Assembly: GCA_009773755.1 (NCBI GenBank)
Contig: WSZJ01000030.1
Coordinates: forward strand, 7,955-71,954
DNA: 64,000 nt
Reading direction: 5' to 3'
Source of the DNA: Planctomycetota bacterium
GTDB lineage: Bacteria; Planctomycetota; MHYJ01; WSZJ01
Part shown: positions 46,488 through 56,395 of the stretch, piece after piece
Layout: each line of letters starts with the position of its first letter
How positions within the stretch are numbered: position 1 is the stretch's first letter
The notes under the pieces: model-generated
Databases searched by the model: none
Told to the model about the DNA's origin: nothing
The model's input: the letters and a program-made list of their open reading frames with translations, nothing else
Made by a program: the position numbers and the translations under genes

Positions 46488-48794
46488 TCATTCCCGGCAC
46501 GCCCAAGGATCGCCGTAGAAACAGTACGCCGCGTAGGTGTCTTGGAGTGGGTTCTTCTCGTCGTACGCGCGGGCTCGAATCCCCCGGAGAATTTCTGCGA
46601 ATGGCAGCGCGGGATTCTTAAGCGCCTCCTCGTAGAACTCTTTCGCAATGAGATGGGCAATATCGTCCTCCACGCTCCAGAGTGCCGCGATCACCCCACC
46701 GGCCCGCTGCTTGACGAGTGCCTGGACGAGGCCTCCCACGCCGCTCAGCGCCGGAGCCGGCCGCCCTACCTCGCAGGCGTTGAGCACCACCAACGTCGGC
46801 GCTCTGGAAAACGCAGATCTGAACTCTGGGCAGCCCCTCACCTTGGTCGATGTCAGCGTCTGCAATTGTTCCAGGTCCAGACTCTGTCCGCCCGCCGCCG
46901 ATCCGTGGCCGACAAAATGAACCAGGTTGCACTTGCTCTCGGTCAACGACTTTGTAATGGACTCCATCTCCGCCGGATTGGCCTGCCGGCCAGGTACTTT
47001 TCCGAGCACGAAGACGGCCTCTTCCTTCGATGTTGGAAGATCCCGCGTGTCCCCGTAACTCGGAGCGATCACGAGGCTCCGGTCAATTGCAAACCGTTGA
47101 GGGCCGGAGGTGTTGTCGGCCGGCACCCATCGGCCGATCACGAACTCTACGCCGAGCGGCTGCCGCTCCTGGTCCCCACGATTCGGGATCATTAGCTCCC
47201 AGGGAATGAAGGGCTCATCGGTAACGATTGCGATCGTCCGGGGGAGCTTGTTCGCATCGACCAGTTGCCAGAACAACTTACGGAATTGCTTGGGCGAAGC
47301 ATCAAATAAATTTAGACCAGCGCCCCTAAGCTCGCCGAGCCTGCCCGCGGCGTCGTTGTTCGGATCCACGAACTGCTTCATGTAATCGCGGACGATCCGC
47401 TCTGCTCTGCCCTTTAGCTTCCATGTGTGGCACTTGTTCAGCAGGTTTGACTTGATCAACGAAGTCCGCAGAAAGCAGCAAAAATCGGTCTCCTCGCCCT
47501 CCGGAACCGCATGGATCTGCACGATCAGGTCGGCAGGTTTCGCCGTCGGATCTACTGCAATAGTCCCCGGAAGGGGTGACGGAGGCACCTCCTTCCCCTG
47601 ACTGGAACTGATAGCGATCGGGACGGTGATCCGAACCTCCCCCGCTGGCCTTCCCCGATGAAGGAACAGCACCGAAATCCCGCCATGATCGACGCGCGTT
47701 GGATCCGGAAAGCGGTTTCGAAGTTCGGCCTCGCACCGGACCCGCACCCGGAAATCGATTCGCTCCGTCCGCTCTCGGGACACTTCCATTGGGAACGGTT
47801 GGCTGTGGTCTCCGACTGGCTCGAAGTGATCACTGACTAACAGTTCCGCTACCAGGTCGATCCGCTTGATTCCCGGAGGCACCTCGACGTCGATCGGAGT
47901 GACATCCTCGCCCTTCCGCGCGGGCTTTGTGTCGGCCCAGATTGTGAGCGTGAATTCCATCGCGGGTTTCACAGGCGCCTTGGGTGAGAGTTCGACGTGC
48001 GGAGTCCGGTGGATGGTGCGCGGGACCACCGGCCGACGAGGGGTTCCTTCAACCGGTTGCGTTCGCCTCGGCAAGAAGGGCCTTGGTTTGGCTGAATGCG
48101 GAGGGAGATCTTGACCCCGCTGCAAGGGCTGGAAGTCGACAAAGGCTTCAAGCCCCGCATCGTCCCACTGCTCCGATAACTTGCGCAATGCCTCCTGGAG
48201 CGGACCCACAACCGGGGCTTCGAGCTGTGACTTGTAGTCCGCCCAAGCTTCAAATAATTCGCTTTGCCCTGTCAGTAGGCTCAAGTCCCCTCGCAAGATT
48301 GCCGCCCCCGAAACTGGCGCTTGCAATTTGAAGAGTTGTCCGGCCGTGGCTTCCAACACTCTGGTGATCTTCCTCCCTGAAGCCGGTTCGTCCCCGCGAT
48401 CCTTCAAGGCAAGTGCTTCGATGAGACCACGGTCGGTTTCGACGCTCCCCATTACCACCTCATGCGGCTCGACGATGCGCGCCATTGTAGGGGACTTCAG
48501 TCCGAAATACAGATGCAGGTCCTTCTGCCTCCGTGCAAGGAGCCAGCGGAGTTGCATCAATCGGCCTGCATCCACCCGGCCCAGCTTGGCATTTTTTTCC
48601 AACGCCTCGAGGACCCTGATCCTGGAACGCAAGTCAAGCTCCCAGAGCGTGCCGAGTGCGGCGCGGATCGGCTTCGCGATTGGGTTGCCAACTCTATGGA
48701 AGGAGCTCAAGAGGGATCGGGCTTGGAATACACGGCCGCTGGCCACGAGCTGCGCCGCCTTGATCACGTCAGTTCGCTGAGGATTGGGAGGCAT
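46488..48794 (-). CDS. CHAT-domain (caspase-like) protease with long N-terminal helical and beta-rich regions
   Basis: Start ATG 48794, 4 nt after the hydrolase stop. The C-terminal CHAT pattern has catalytic His in LVHFVGHGS and Cys in LVVLNACEVG, ending ...YCFYGDPW. Confidence 0.8.
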   Translation of the reverse strand: MPPNPQRTDVIKAAQLVASGRVFQARSLLSSFHRVGNPIAKPIRAALGTLWELDLRSRIRVLEALEKNAKLGRVDAGRLMQLRWLLARRQKDLHLYFGLKSPTMARIVEPHEVVMGSVETDRGLIEALALKDRGDEPASGRKITRVLEATAGQLFKLQAPVSGAAILRGDLSLLTGQSELFEAWADYKSQLEAPVVGPLQEALRKLSEQWDDAGLEAFVDFQPLQRGQDLPPHSAKPRPFLPRRTQPVEGTPRRPVVPRTIHRTPHVELSPKAPVKPAMEFTLTIWADTKPARKGEDVTPIDVEVPPGIKRIDLVAELLVSDHFEPVGDHSQPFPMEVSRERTERIDFRVRVRCEAELRNRFPDPTRVDHGGISVLFLHRGRPAGEVRITVPIAISSSQGKEVPPSPLPGTIAVDPTAKPADLIVQIHAVPEGEETDFCCFLRTSLIKSNLLNKCHTWKLKGRAERIVRDYMKQFVDPNNDAAGRLGELRGAGLNLFDASPKQFRKLFWQLVDANKLPRTIAIVTDEPFIPWELMIPNRGDQERQPLGVEFVIGRWVPADNTSGPQRFAIDRSLVIAPSYGDTRDLPTSKEEAVFVLGKVPGRQANPAEMESITKSLTESKCNLVHFVGHGSAAGGQSLDLEQLQTLTSTKVRGCPEFRSAFSRAPTLVVLNACEVGRPAPALSGVGGLVQALVKQRAGGVIAALWSVEDDIAHLIAKEFYEEALKNPALPFAEILRGIRARAYDEKNPLQDTYAAYCFYGDPWACRE

Positions 48795-48798
48795 CGGG

Positions 48799-50064
48799 CT
48801 AGCGCAGCATCTTTCGGATGAAGCTGAGAGTCTCTGGCTGCTCAAAGTAGTTGGTGTGATGCACACGATCGGTACTCTTGAAATCGAAGATCTGGTCGTC
48901 GCCGAGCCTCGCCGTATCCGCAAGCTCAATCATCGACTCGCTGTCGACCACCAGGTCGTTTTCGCCGTCGAAGACGAAACTGGCAGCGAGATCCTTCAAT
49001 CGACCGCCAGGTCGCCGGAAGTACCTCCAGAACTTCCACCCTGGCTTTTCGCTTTCGAAATTGGAGCGCACCGCGAAGTAGCGGCTCCGCCACTCGACAG
49101 CCGCGCTTCGAAGGCTCAACAGCTCAGAAGCGTTGCCCACACGGCTCTGCGCCGCCATCCCAGGGAGGAGAGCGATGGCAGCATCGATGGCCGGAGTTTT
49201 TGAGGCGATCTTTGTAACGGACGAAATTATGCGGAACACTCCGGTGAGGACTGTCAGAAATGGAAGGCCAGCGCTGGCCGCACCTAGGACGTTCGCGATG
49301 TTGGAGAGGAGGCTCAGGCTGTGTTTGATGTTGGGTGGAGAAGCGAGCCCGGTGCCGGCCAATGGCGAACCCACGAACACTGCTCTCCGCCGGTTGGCGG
49401 GCCCCCTGTCGAACGCCTCGAGCCACCAGCGGGCGACAAGTCCGCCGCGACTGTGGCAGACGACATCCACCGCGGCCTTCGACTCCCGGAAGTGAAGTGC
49501 GAGTGCCCGAGCATTCAGCATCGGGCTCACCGACAGAGTGGGATGATCGAATGTTATCACCTGATCGTATCGGGTGTTCATCCAATCGAGGAATGATCTC
49601 CCCTCTGGATTCTTTGCGATCCCGGCCAGGATGTTCTCGGTGTTGGAGAATGTGCCGTGGACGAGGAGTAAGATCCTTCCTTCATCGGATGGCCTGTGGT
49701 CCTTGGTCGACTCAAGGTTCCCGTCTTGCCAGCGACGAAGTCCCTGGTTCGGAGTGAGCTTCCTGTCGAGCGACTCGAGCCAATCGGTGACCTGTGAATG
49801 ATCGAGCTTCGCCAGCACTCGTTCCCACACGAGGATTCCTGGAGAAGAAATACCCTGCGCACCGCGGCGCCGAGGACCAGTCGGGACGAACTGCGGAGAG
49901 TCGTCCACTTGAAGGACCCCGTCGTGCTCCACGATCCTCATGGTGAGGGCTCCTTCACTTGCGATGGGCCTGACCGCTCCTCTGCGGCGGGCCGGCTTGG
50001 GGCACGCGCCCAGCTCCTGGGTCAGCTTGTCTAACGCGGCTGACAACGTATCCCCTCCGTTCAT
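48799..50064 (-). CDS. lipase-like alpha/beta hydrolase with ~140-aa N-terminal extension
   Basis: AAGGAGG SD. ILLLVHGTFSN (oxyanion region), VVCHSRGGLVA (nucleophile elbow), FDGENDLVVD and RVHHTNYF (Asp/His candidates). Confidence 0.7.
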   Translation of the reverse strand: MNGGDTLSAALDKLTQELGACPKPARRRGAVRPIASEGALTMRIVEHDGVLQVDDSPQFVPTGPRRRGAQGISSPGILVWERVLAKLDHSQVTDWLESLDRKLTPNQGLRRWQDGNLESTKDHRPSDEGRILLLVHGTFSNTENILAGIAKNPEGRSFLDWMNTRYDQVITFDHPTLSVSPMLNARALALHFRESKAAVDVVCHSRGGLVARWWLEAFDRGPANRRRAVFVGSPLAGTGLASPPNIKHSLSLLSNIANVLGAASAGLPFLTVLTGVFRIISSVTKIASKTPAIDAAIALLPGMAAQSRVGNASELLSLRSAAVEWRSRYFAVRSNFESEKPGWKFWRYFRRPGGRLKDLAASFVFDGENDLVVDSESMIELADTARLGDDQIFDFKSTDRVHHTNYFEQPETLSFIRKMLR

Positions 50065-50156
50065 CGTACTACCTCCTTAACTCTGCTCCGGAGAGTGCTT
50101 CGGGGCCCAAGATCCCATCGAAAGGAGAGGCTCGGATTCTCCCCATGAGGGATGGG

Positions 50157-51374
50157 CTAATCGACGCTCACAATTCCTCCCTGCACCCGCCCGGGTGGCG
50201 GGAATAAATAAAACGCAATCGACCGCCAGCCCACAAAATAGATTGACGTTCCAACGAGCAGTACGAACAAACCCAGGAGCAACCTGACCAGCTTTCGTTC
50301 GAATTTGTCGACACCAAGCTTGGCATCGGCATCGATTCCCCAGCGTTTCGATGTGGCTGTGAGGACGGCAATCAACACCACCATCACTAGGAAGGTTACC
50401 GACAAACCTAGCCACACGTGCGATTGCTTCAGTCCAGCGATCAGTACAACAAGAGCTGATACGACAGTGGACGAAACAAAATAGAATCGAACCAATCGAC
50501 TCTTGGCCAACAAAAACTGTGGCGCGAAACTGGCCACGCCACAAGCAAGTAGAGATGTTGTGACGACAAGGCACTCCGCCATGCGGAAGCCCCAAAGGTC
50601 CGCACGACCAATTATCGCACTCTCTAGGGAGTTAAAGGCGTGCCCTCGCAGGAAGGAAACTGTTTCTCCCGGGTATCCGGCCATCCAGCTAACTCCCACC
50701 GACGTTATTGCGAGCGCAAGAAACACCAAGCCCGAAGAGATCTGGGATTCTGGCTTTTGCATCCCGGCAATAACGTGAGACCACATCAGCGAAGCGACCA
50801 GATAAATCATCAAGAGAGCTAAAAAAGCAGCAATGCGCAATGAGATCTGAACGTCTGCGCTCCAGGCCGCAATTAACCCGAGAGCAGCGCTCATTGAACT
50901 CGTGGCGAAGAACATTAGGTCAAACAAGTCGCTGTGCGTTATCGGCGGGCGCGGTTGTGATGACAAGAGTGTCGCGAAGACTCCATTCGACCCTACTCCC
51001 AACAGCTCTTCCAACTTCTTGCCCGCCTCGGTACAGGATCTATAGAGTTCGCGATTGCGGATTTCCAACCCCCAGAATAGCAACGAGCCGGCGGACACGC
51101 AGAACGGAATTGCCCACTGAACAGCTAGAAGCAGATCTTTCGTCTTGATTGTCGCAAAGGCGACACAGTTCGCGGCTACAAACGTGAAAAAACCAACTAG
51201 AAGTCTGTGCCGCCATCCTAAGTAATGAATGAAGAGATCGACAACCTGAGCGTAGACAGCTTCAGGATTGCCAATTTCCTTCGGTCGACCGGGGGCGTCT
51301 TCCTTCCTCGCGAGGCCGGCATCTGGTCGAACAATGACCTTGAAGGTTCTTTCCGGCGGCTCTCCTCCGGCCAT
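50157..51374 (-). CDS. polytopic membrane protein (about 9 TM segments)
   Basis: GGAGGTG SD. Nine hydrophobic stretches, e.g. LLVGFFTFVAANCVAFATI, LLLAVQWAIPFCVSAGSLLFWGL and HVWLGLSVTFLVMVVLIAVLTA. No family recognised. Confidence 0.7.
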   Translation of the reverse strand: MAGGEPPERTFKVIVRPDAGLARKEDAPGRPKEIGNPEAVYAQVVDLFIHYLGWRHRLLVGFFTFVAANCVAFATIKTKDLLLAVQWAIPFCVSAGSLLFWGLEIRNRELYRSCTEAGKKLEELLGVGSNGVFATLLSSQPRPPITHSDLFDLMFFATSSMSAALGLIAAWSADVQISLRIAAFLALLMIYLVASLMWSHVIAGMQKPESQISSGLVFLALAITSVGVSWMAGYPGETVSFLRGHAFNSLESAIIGRADLWGFRMAECLVVTTSLLACGVASFAPQFLLAKSRLVRFYFVSSTVVSALVVLIAGLKQSHVWLGLSVTFLVMVVLIAVLTATSKRWGIDADAKLGVDKFERKLVRLLLGLFVLLVGTSIYFVGWRSIAFYLFPPPGRVQGGIVSVD

Positions 51375-51568
51375 CGAATCACCTCCGAATCCAATTCCGT
51401 TAGCGTTCCTCGGGCGTCACGCGAGCGACATTGACAATTAGAGTAGAGTATCTCTGGAAGTCTGCTGCAGAAGACTCATTAGTGTTCTTGAGCATCGCCT
51501 CGATAATTCCGAGGTGATGGAGAGATGACACTTTCATCATCATAAATCTGTGCAGCGACTACCTGGGT

Positions 51569-53260
51569 CTACTTCTCTTCCTTCTTCTCCTCGCGACGAG
51601 CAAGCCCCGCCTCGATTTGCTTCTTGATGTACTCCTGAAGCGCTTCCTTCAAACTCGTGTTGAAGGTCTGCGCCGCAGCAGCGGTCTGTTCGACAAGGTG
51701 CTTTGCGTCGCTTGAGTCCTTCTCATTGACTTTGAATTTCACGCCCCAGGTACCCGAGGCAATCTCTCCAACTCGCGTCCATGGCGGCGGGTTCGGCTCA
51801 TTACCTTTGGTGAAGTGATTGCGGAGCGTAGCTTGGTCACTCAGGACGTTTGCCTTCCAAATCGCCTGCGTTGCTTGGGCCGATTTCAATCGCCTTTCGA
51901 TCTCTTCGCTTTCGGTTCGTCTGCCTTCAAAAGCCGCTTGGTATTTCCGCAAATCGCCGAACAGCCTCTTAGCATCTTCTGACGCTTTCGAAAGAGCGTC
52001 GTTTGCCTTTGCGAGCGCCTTCTCGGAGTCCACGATCGGCTGAGATCCTGGTGGGTTGTCCCTCTTTGCGAACTCAAGATCCATTTTGCAGGACGAGACG
52101 TTCTTCTCGGCGGTTCTAAGCGCAGTTCGTGACTCTTTCAAACTCGCCTTCGCAACATCGACTTCGTCTTCCGCAGCCTTCTTCAGAATCTCAACTTCGT
52201 TTTTCAAGACGATCACGGCTCGCACCTCACCTCCGCTCAGCCAGGTTAGCTGATCATCGAAGCGTTTGATAAGTGGAGAGATCAGTTCATCGACCCCCCC
52301 GGGCCTCCGAACAGAACGAAACCATCCTTCGGACTTTGCTCTGCTGGGCAAAAACAGGTCGTTATCAGGAGCGTCTAGGTCGACGTAAGGCAATTTGAAG
52401 GTCGATGTGGTAAGAGTGGGAGTGGACAGTTCTCCGTCCTTGGAAAATGCTTCCAGCACGTCCAATTGCACCTCCAAGGACACCTCTCCATCCGCGCCGA
52501 TCAGGAATTGCCAGAAGAGGATCGGAAATAGCCCGTAACTCCACCACCGAGTGTCGGAGACACGAGCTTTTGTCGCAATCACTCGACCGGCTAGTGGAGC
52601 AATCAAGAACGTGCCTTCGTCCTTCTGACATATACCTAGGATCAACTCTACGGCGGGTCGCTCTTCCGGGCTCTGATTCTCATAGGATTTAGCGGTAGGC
52701 TTGTAAATGTGACCTTCAACTTCGCGAATGAGACGTACTGCACTGTACTTCGGAACCCATTTTGTCTGTTGCATCTCTATGATCGCATAGTTGATGCCGG
52801 GCACCTTGTAACTAAATTCAGCCTCATCCGCCGCCTTGCAAGGAACGTAAATCGTTCGTTCACAGAGAACCCAAAACTCGTTGTCGGCGGCGGATTGGGC
52901 ATACTCGGCCTCGTGCTTTGCGGCCTCTGCTGCTACAGCGCGCTGCATGAGATCCAAGGCGATGCCCGACAGGGCTCCCGCGGCGTCAGATCCGACTTTA
53001 GTGATCAGAGCCGCAGCCGCGGCACTTGATGTCGCTAGAGACTTCTCGTCCTTGCTCCAATTCGCAGGCTCAGCATTGAACGCAGCCCGGTAGCGATCTG
53101 TCAGTCCCATTGCGGCGAGGTCGTCTGGGGTCAGGAAGTCAACGCTGATGCGCTCTCCGCTTGACATGTCGGAGTTCTCGTTCCGCGGAAGGAGGAACTG
53201 GCATCCGACACCCAGCACGCAGTTGGCCAAAGCGAGAACGAAGAGACATCTCCTCGACAT
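51569..53260 (-). CDS. putative lipoprotein with C-terminal coiled-coil region
   Basis: GAGGAG SD. MSRRCLFVLALANCVLGVGC is a signal peptide plus Cys. There is a long Lys/Glu/Ala heptad-like region (KNEVEILKKAAEDEVDVAKASLKESRTALRTAEKN...). No family recognised. Confidence 0.65.
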   Translation of the reverse strand: MSRRCLFVLALANCVLGVGCQFLLPRNENSDMSSGERISVDFLTPDDLAAMGLTDRYRAAFNAEPANWSKDEKSLATSSAAAAALITKVGSDAAGALSGIALDLMQRAVAAEAAKHEAEYAQSAADNEFWVLCERTIYVPCKAADEAEFSYKVPGINYAIIEMQQTKWVPKYSAVRLIREVEGHIYKPTAKSYENQSPEERPAVELILGICQKDEGTFLIAPLAGRVIATKARVSDTRWWSYGLFPILFWQFLIGADGEVSLEVQLDVLEAFSKDGELSTPTLTTSTFKLPYVDLDAPDNDLFLPSRAKSEGWFRSVRRPGGVDELISPLIKRFDDQLTWLSGGEVRAVIVLKNEVEILKKAAEDEVDVAKASLKESRTALRTAEKNVSSCKMDLEFAKRDNPPGSQPIVDSEKALAKANDALSKASEDAKRLFGDLRKYQAAFEGRRTESEEIERRLKSAQATQAIWKANVLSDQATLRNHFTKGNEPNPPPWTRVGEIASGTWGVKFKVNEKDSSDAKHLVEQTAAAAQTFNTSLKEALQEYIKKQIEAGLARREEKKEEK

Positions 53261-54163
53261 GGCACTCTCCTCAATTGGAAATCCGGATCACACGTCGGGG
53301 TTCCCACGTCAGCAAGTCAAAACGGCTCAACCCCTCATCGGCAGTTACTTGAATCTAAGAGACTGATTGCTGATCTCATCAGCCCCCACCTCACCGGACA
53401 CGGCAAATGACTTAACCAACTCTCTTCGGACATCGCCTTTGAGGAATTGCTGGGACTCTCCGTTGGGCGTCTTACTTGACGTGATCTGAGTCGAGGCCTT
53501 GTGGTGGACTGGTAACCAGCTGGTCCTTTGCCGCCGGACGACCGCACAACTCGAGTTGCCAGGTAGATGCTTCGTGTTGGATCTCTCTCAGCGCCACGGA
53601 CGCTGATTTCTGCAGAACGACATCCGCTTCACGAGGGTTTGGAAGGGACGCCCTCGCCGCGAGTTGAGAGGGGTTCTGTTGTGGCACCTGGATTGAGCGC
53701 GGCACCAAGACCAGGTTCGATCCAAGGGAGCAAGTAGCCCCATTTCGCCGACCTCATCTCCACCCCTCCTGACACAACCAGCCAGAAACCTGCGACTCCC
53801 TCCCGGGGAATGTGGCAGAATTTACCGGTCCTGGGCGCGTGTGGTCAAGAGAAATGCACCCCCCATGATGAGAAAAAATGAAACCGGAGTTCAGTCTTGT
53901 ATCAAACTGATGCTTCGTGAGCTGACGGTGGTCGCCGTGCCGGGAACACTCCGGTCGACTTCCTGTCTCCCACGGGCTACACGCGGGATGTGATCATCCG
54001 TCACGACAAGAACGAGCGACGTTGCAGAGATCGAAGGGGAAGATGGACGCGATTCGAGAGAGCTGCCGCAGGTGCAGTCGCTGTCCGAGCGATCCCGTTC
54101 GCTCCGTACACAGCTGAGCCTTCGCACTCTTCAGCTTTGCAGTAGAGCGACCTATCGGGAGTT

Positions 54164-55729
54164 CTAGCTCGACCGGCGAGCGAAGAGCAACTCGTTCACG
54201 GCTTGCAGGAGTTCGCTTGGGTTGAACGGTTTCTGCAGGAATCGAACGTGGTCGCGGTTCAGGACGTCGGGTCCGAGTTCGTCCTTGGGATACCCCGAGA
54301 CGAACAGCACCGGGAGTTCGGGCTGGGTCTGCCACAGTCGCCCGGCAAGTTCGCGGCCGCCCATCGCTGGCATCACGACATCTGAGACGAGGATTTGAAC
54401 TTCCCGAGCGCTCCGCTCAAGTACTTCCAAGGCCGCCTTTCCGTCTCCGGCTTCAAGCACTTCGTAGCCGTCGCGGCGCAGCGCTATCGACACGACGTTG
54501 CGGACCGACGGCTCATCTTCGACGAGCAACACCGTAACACCGCTCGAGGATTGCACCGATTCCGATGGTGGGAGATTCGCGGTCGGACGCGCTACCTCGG
54601 TCGAAGACGGCAGCAGGATCCAAAACACGCTTCCTGCACCCGTCTTGCTTTCGACGCCGATCTGGCCTCCGTTCTGCATTACGATTCCGTGGCACGTTGC
54701 CAAACCGAGGCCGGTTCCCTTGCCTTGCTCTTTCGTGGTGAAGAAGGGCTCGAAGGCGTGCTCGAGCGCCTCAGGGCTCATTCCGGAGCCGGTATCGGCC
54801 ACTTCCACGCGGACATGAGGGCTGGAACGCTCTGACTTCGTTCCTGTCTTCGAGTCTCCGTCGAGCATCACGTTTGCTGTCCGAATCTCGAGCGTTCCGC
54901 CGTTTGGCATGGCGTCGCGAGCGTTCGTGGCGAGGTTCATCAGGATGTCTTCGAGTTGTCCGGGGTCGATTCGCACGCGCGCGAGGCCTGTAGCCAAAAT
55001 CGTTTTCTGCGTGACGCCGGCGCCCAGCTCTCGGCTCAGTGTTTCACGCATGCCCTCGATAGCAGCATTGACATCAACGACTCGTGGCTGCGCGGTCTGT
55101 TTCCGTGCGAATCCCAACAGCTGCCTCACCAACGCGGACGCGCGCAGAGCGGTCTTTCGAATGGCGTCCACTTCCGCTGGAGCGCTTCCGGGTGACCGAC
55201 GGTCCAGCTGGTCCGCGTACCCGAGGATCGCGGTCAGCATGTTGTTGAAGTCGTGAGCAACTCCGCCAGCCAGCCGCGCTACGCTCTCGATTTTCTGCAC
55301 TTTGAGCGCCTGCGCTTCCAAGCGCTTCAGCTCCGTGATGTCCTCGACCATCGCCTGCCACCCTCGGCGTCCGTCCAGCATGATCGGCTCAAGGCTCAAC
55401 CTGGTGAGGTAGTGCGAACCGTCCTTCCTCTTGAAGCGAACCTCGTGCTGTCTCAGGAACCCTTGCTTCCGCGCGAGAGCCAGCGCCCGGTCTCGATCCT
55501 CCGAGAATGCGTACAGCGCCGCGACGTTGCCGATTCGTTCGACTTCTTCGCGCGTGTACCCGCCGGGGCGCATCATCGCCTCGTTGAAGGCCAGCAGCGC
55601 TCCTCGCTCGTCTGCTACGCCCAGCCCGACGGGCGAGCTCTCGAACAAGGTCCTGTAACGCGCCTCGCTCTCACGCAGGGCCATCTCCGCGAGCGAGTTG
55701 CCTTCGCTTGGTGGCAACGAGTTGGTCAT
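54164..55729 (-). CDS. PAS sensor hybrid histidine kinase (PAS-HisKA-HATPase-REC)
   Basis: PAS region YRTLFESSPVGLGV. H-box ARLAGGVAHDFNNMLTAILGY. NLATNARDAM...DTGSGM...GTGLGLATCHG. C-terminal REC VLLVEDEP...ILVSDVVMPAMGG...LQKPF. Confidence 0.85.
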   Translation of the reverse strand: MTNSLPPSEGNSLAEMALRESEARYRTLFESSPVGLGVADERGALLAFNEAMMRPGGYTREEVERIGNVAALYAFSEDRDRALALARKQGFLRQHEVRFKRKDGSHYLTRLSLEPIMLDGRRGWQAMVEDITELKRLEAQALKVQKIESVARLAGGVAHDFNNMLTAILGYADQLDRRSPGSAPAEVDAIRKTALRASALVRQLLGFARKQTAQPRVVDVNAAIEGMRETLSRELGAGVTQKTILATGLARVRIDPGQLEDILMNLATNARDAMPNGGTLEIRTANVMLDGDSKTGTKSERSSPHVRVEVADTGSGMSPEALEHAFEPFFTTKEQGKGTGLGLATCHGIVMQNGGQIGVESKTGAGSVFWILLPSSTEVARPTANLPPSESVQSSSGVTVLLVEDEPSVRNVVSIALRRDGYEVLEAGDGKAALEVLERSAREVQILVSDVVMPAMGGRELAGRLWQTQPELPVLFVSGYPKDELGPDVLNRDHVRFLQKPFNPSELLQAVNELLFARRSS

Positions 55730-56395
55730 GCGAATCGACTGACCAGAATCATCGCCGAAAGCGCGTGCTTGGATCGAAGCATGTTTCTCCTTCAGCCATG
55801 GACGTCGAAGCGCGTGAACCAGGAAGCTTCGCGAGCCGAATCCCGCTCATCGTGTGCCCGTCATTCCCTCTCCCAAGGGGAAGCGAGCTTAACCCGGATT
55901 CTGGCAGGGATGCCCAGCTCCTGATCCGCTACGCTTCGGACGAAGAGAAGCTGACGCCTGGCAGAATCCACATCACTTCTGCGCCAGGCTCGACCTTGAA
56001 CGGCGAGCTTGGATTGGTGGGGCCAGATCCGAGGGAGCGCGTGAAATGCATAAAGCTGGGGCATTTCATGGCTTTTCGGAAAGATGAAATCTTGTGGTCT
56101 CGAACCAATCGGAAGCCGCCTGGCGTGCGAAGGTGCACGCGCCACTTTTTTGTCCAGAGAGCGTCGTTTCCGCTTGACACGAATTTGAAAACTGCGGACT
56201 TTGTGAAGCAGAGTCCGGCGCAAGGGCGAGGCGAGTAGTTTCCAGCTAGTGGCGGCCAGCTTGCGCTTGTCCACTTGGAGCGGCCGTCGTGAGAGTTGCC
56301 ATCTTCATCGACGGAAAGAACTTCCATGCCGGCTGGAAGGACGCAGACCGCACGCCAAGCCTCACGGTCGAGAGTTCGTGTTTCGTACATCAACA

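Larger units (their letters stand above)
36506..56395. mobile_element. putative tRNA-Val-associated genomic (defence) island, no intact integrase seen
   Basis: The right end abuts the 3' end of tRNA-Val (56396). CATGGGCGATG plus a degenerate continuation at 36506-36541 resembles 56394-56425. GC drops to 43-55% in hand-counted lines at 40.0-50.4 kb. Gene content is conflict-type. Confidence 0.5.

Noticed and set aside
51400-51543. A 47-aa minus-strand sORF (MMMKVSSLHHLGIIEAMLKNTNESSAADFQRYSTLIVNVARVTPEER) in the 194-nt gap between the lipoprotein and membrane-protein genes.
   Set aside because: There is no convincing SD, it is below the ORF-track threshold, and it has no recognisable motif. 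It is kept only as a note inside the operon finding.
46488-53260. A bacterial gasdermin plus protease system.
   Set aside because: No ORF of gasdermin size (about 240-300 aa, N-terminal Cys, soluble) is present. The lipoprotein (563 aa) and the 9-TM protein do not fit. The protease-activated-effector logic is kept only as an analogy.
53261-54163. A 900-bp ORF-poor stretch upstream of the CHAT operon, with small ORFs 53335..53547, 53472..53708, 53891..54127 and 53994..54335.
   Set aside because: None has an SD, a motif or a coherent composition. The stretch is probably promoter or leader DNA plus decayed island sequence, and I could not recognise integrase remnants by eye.
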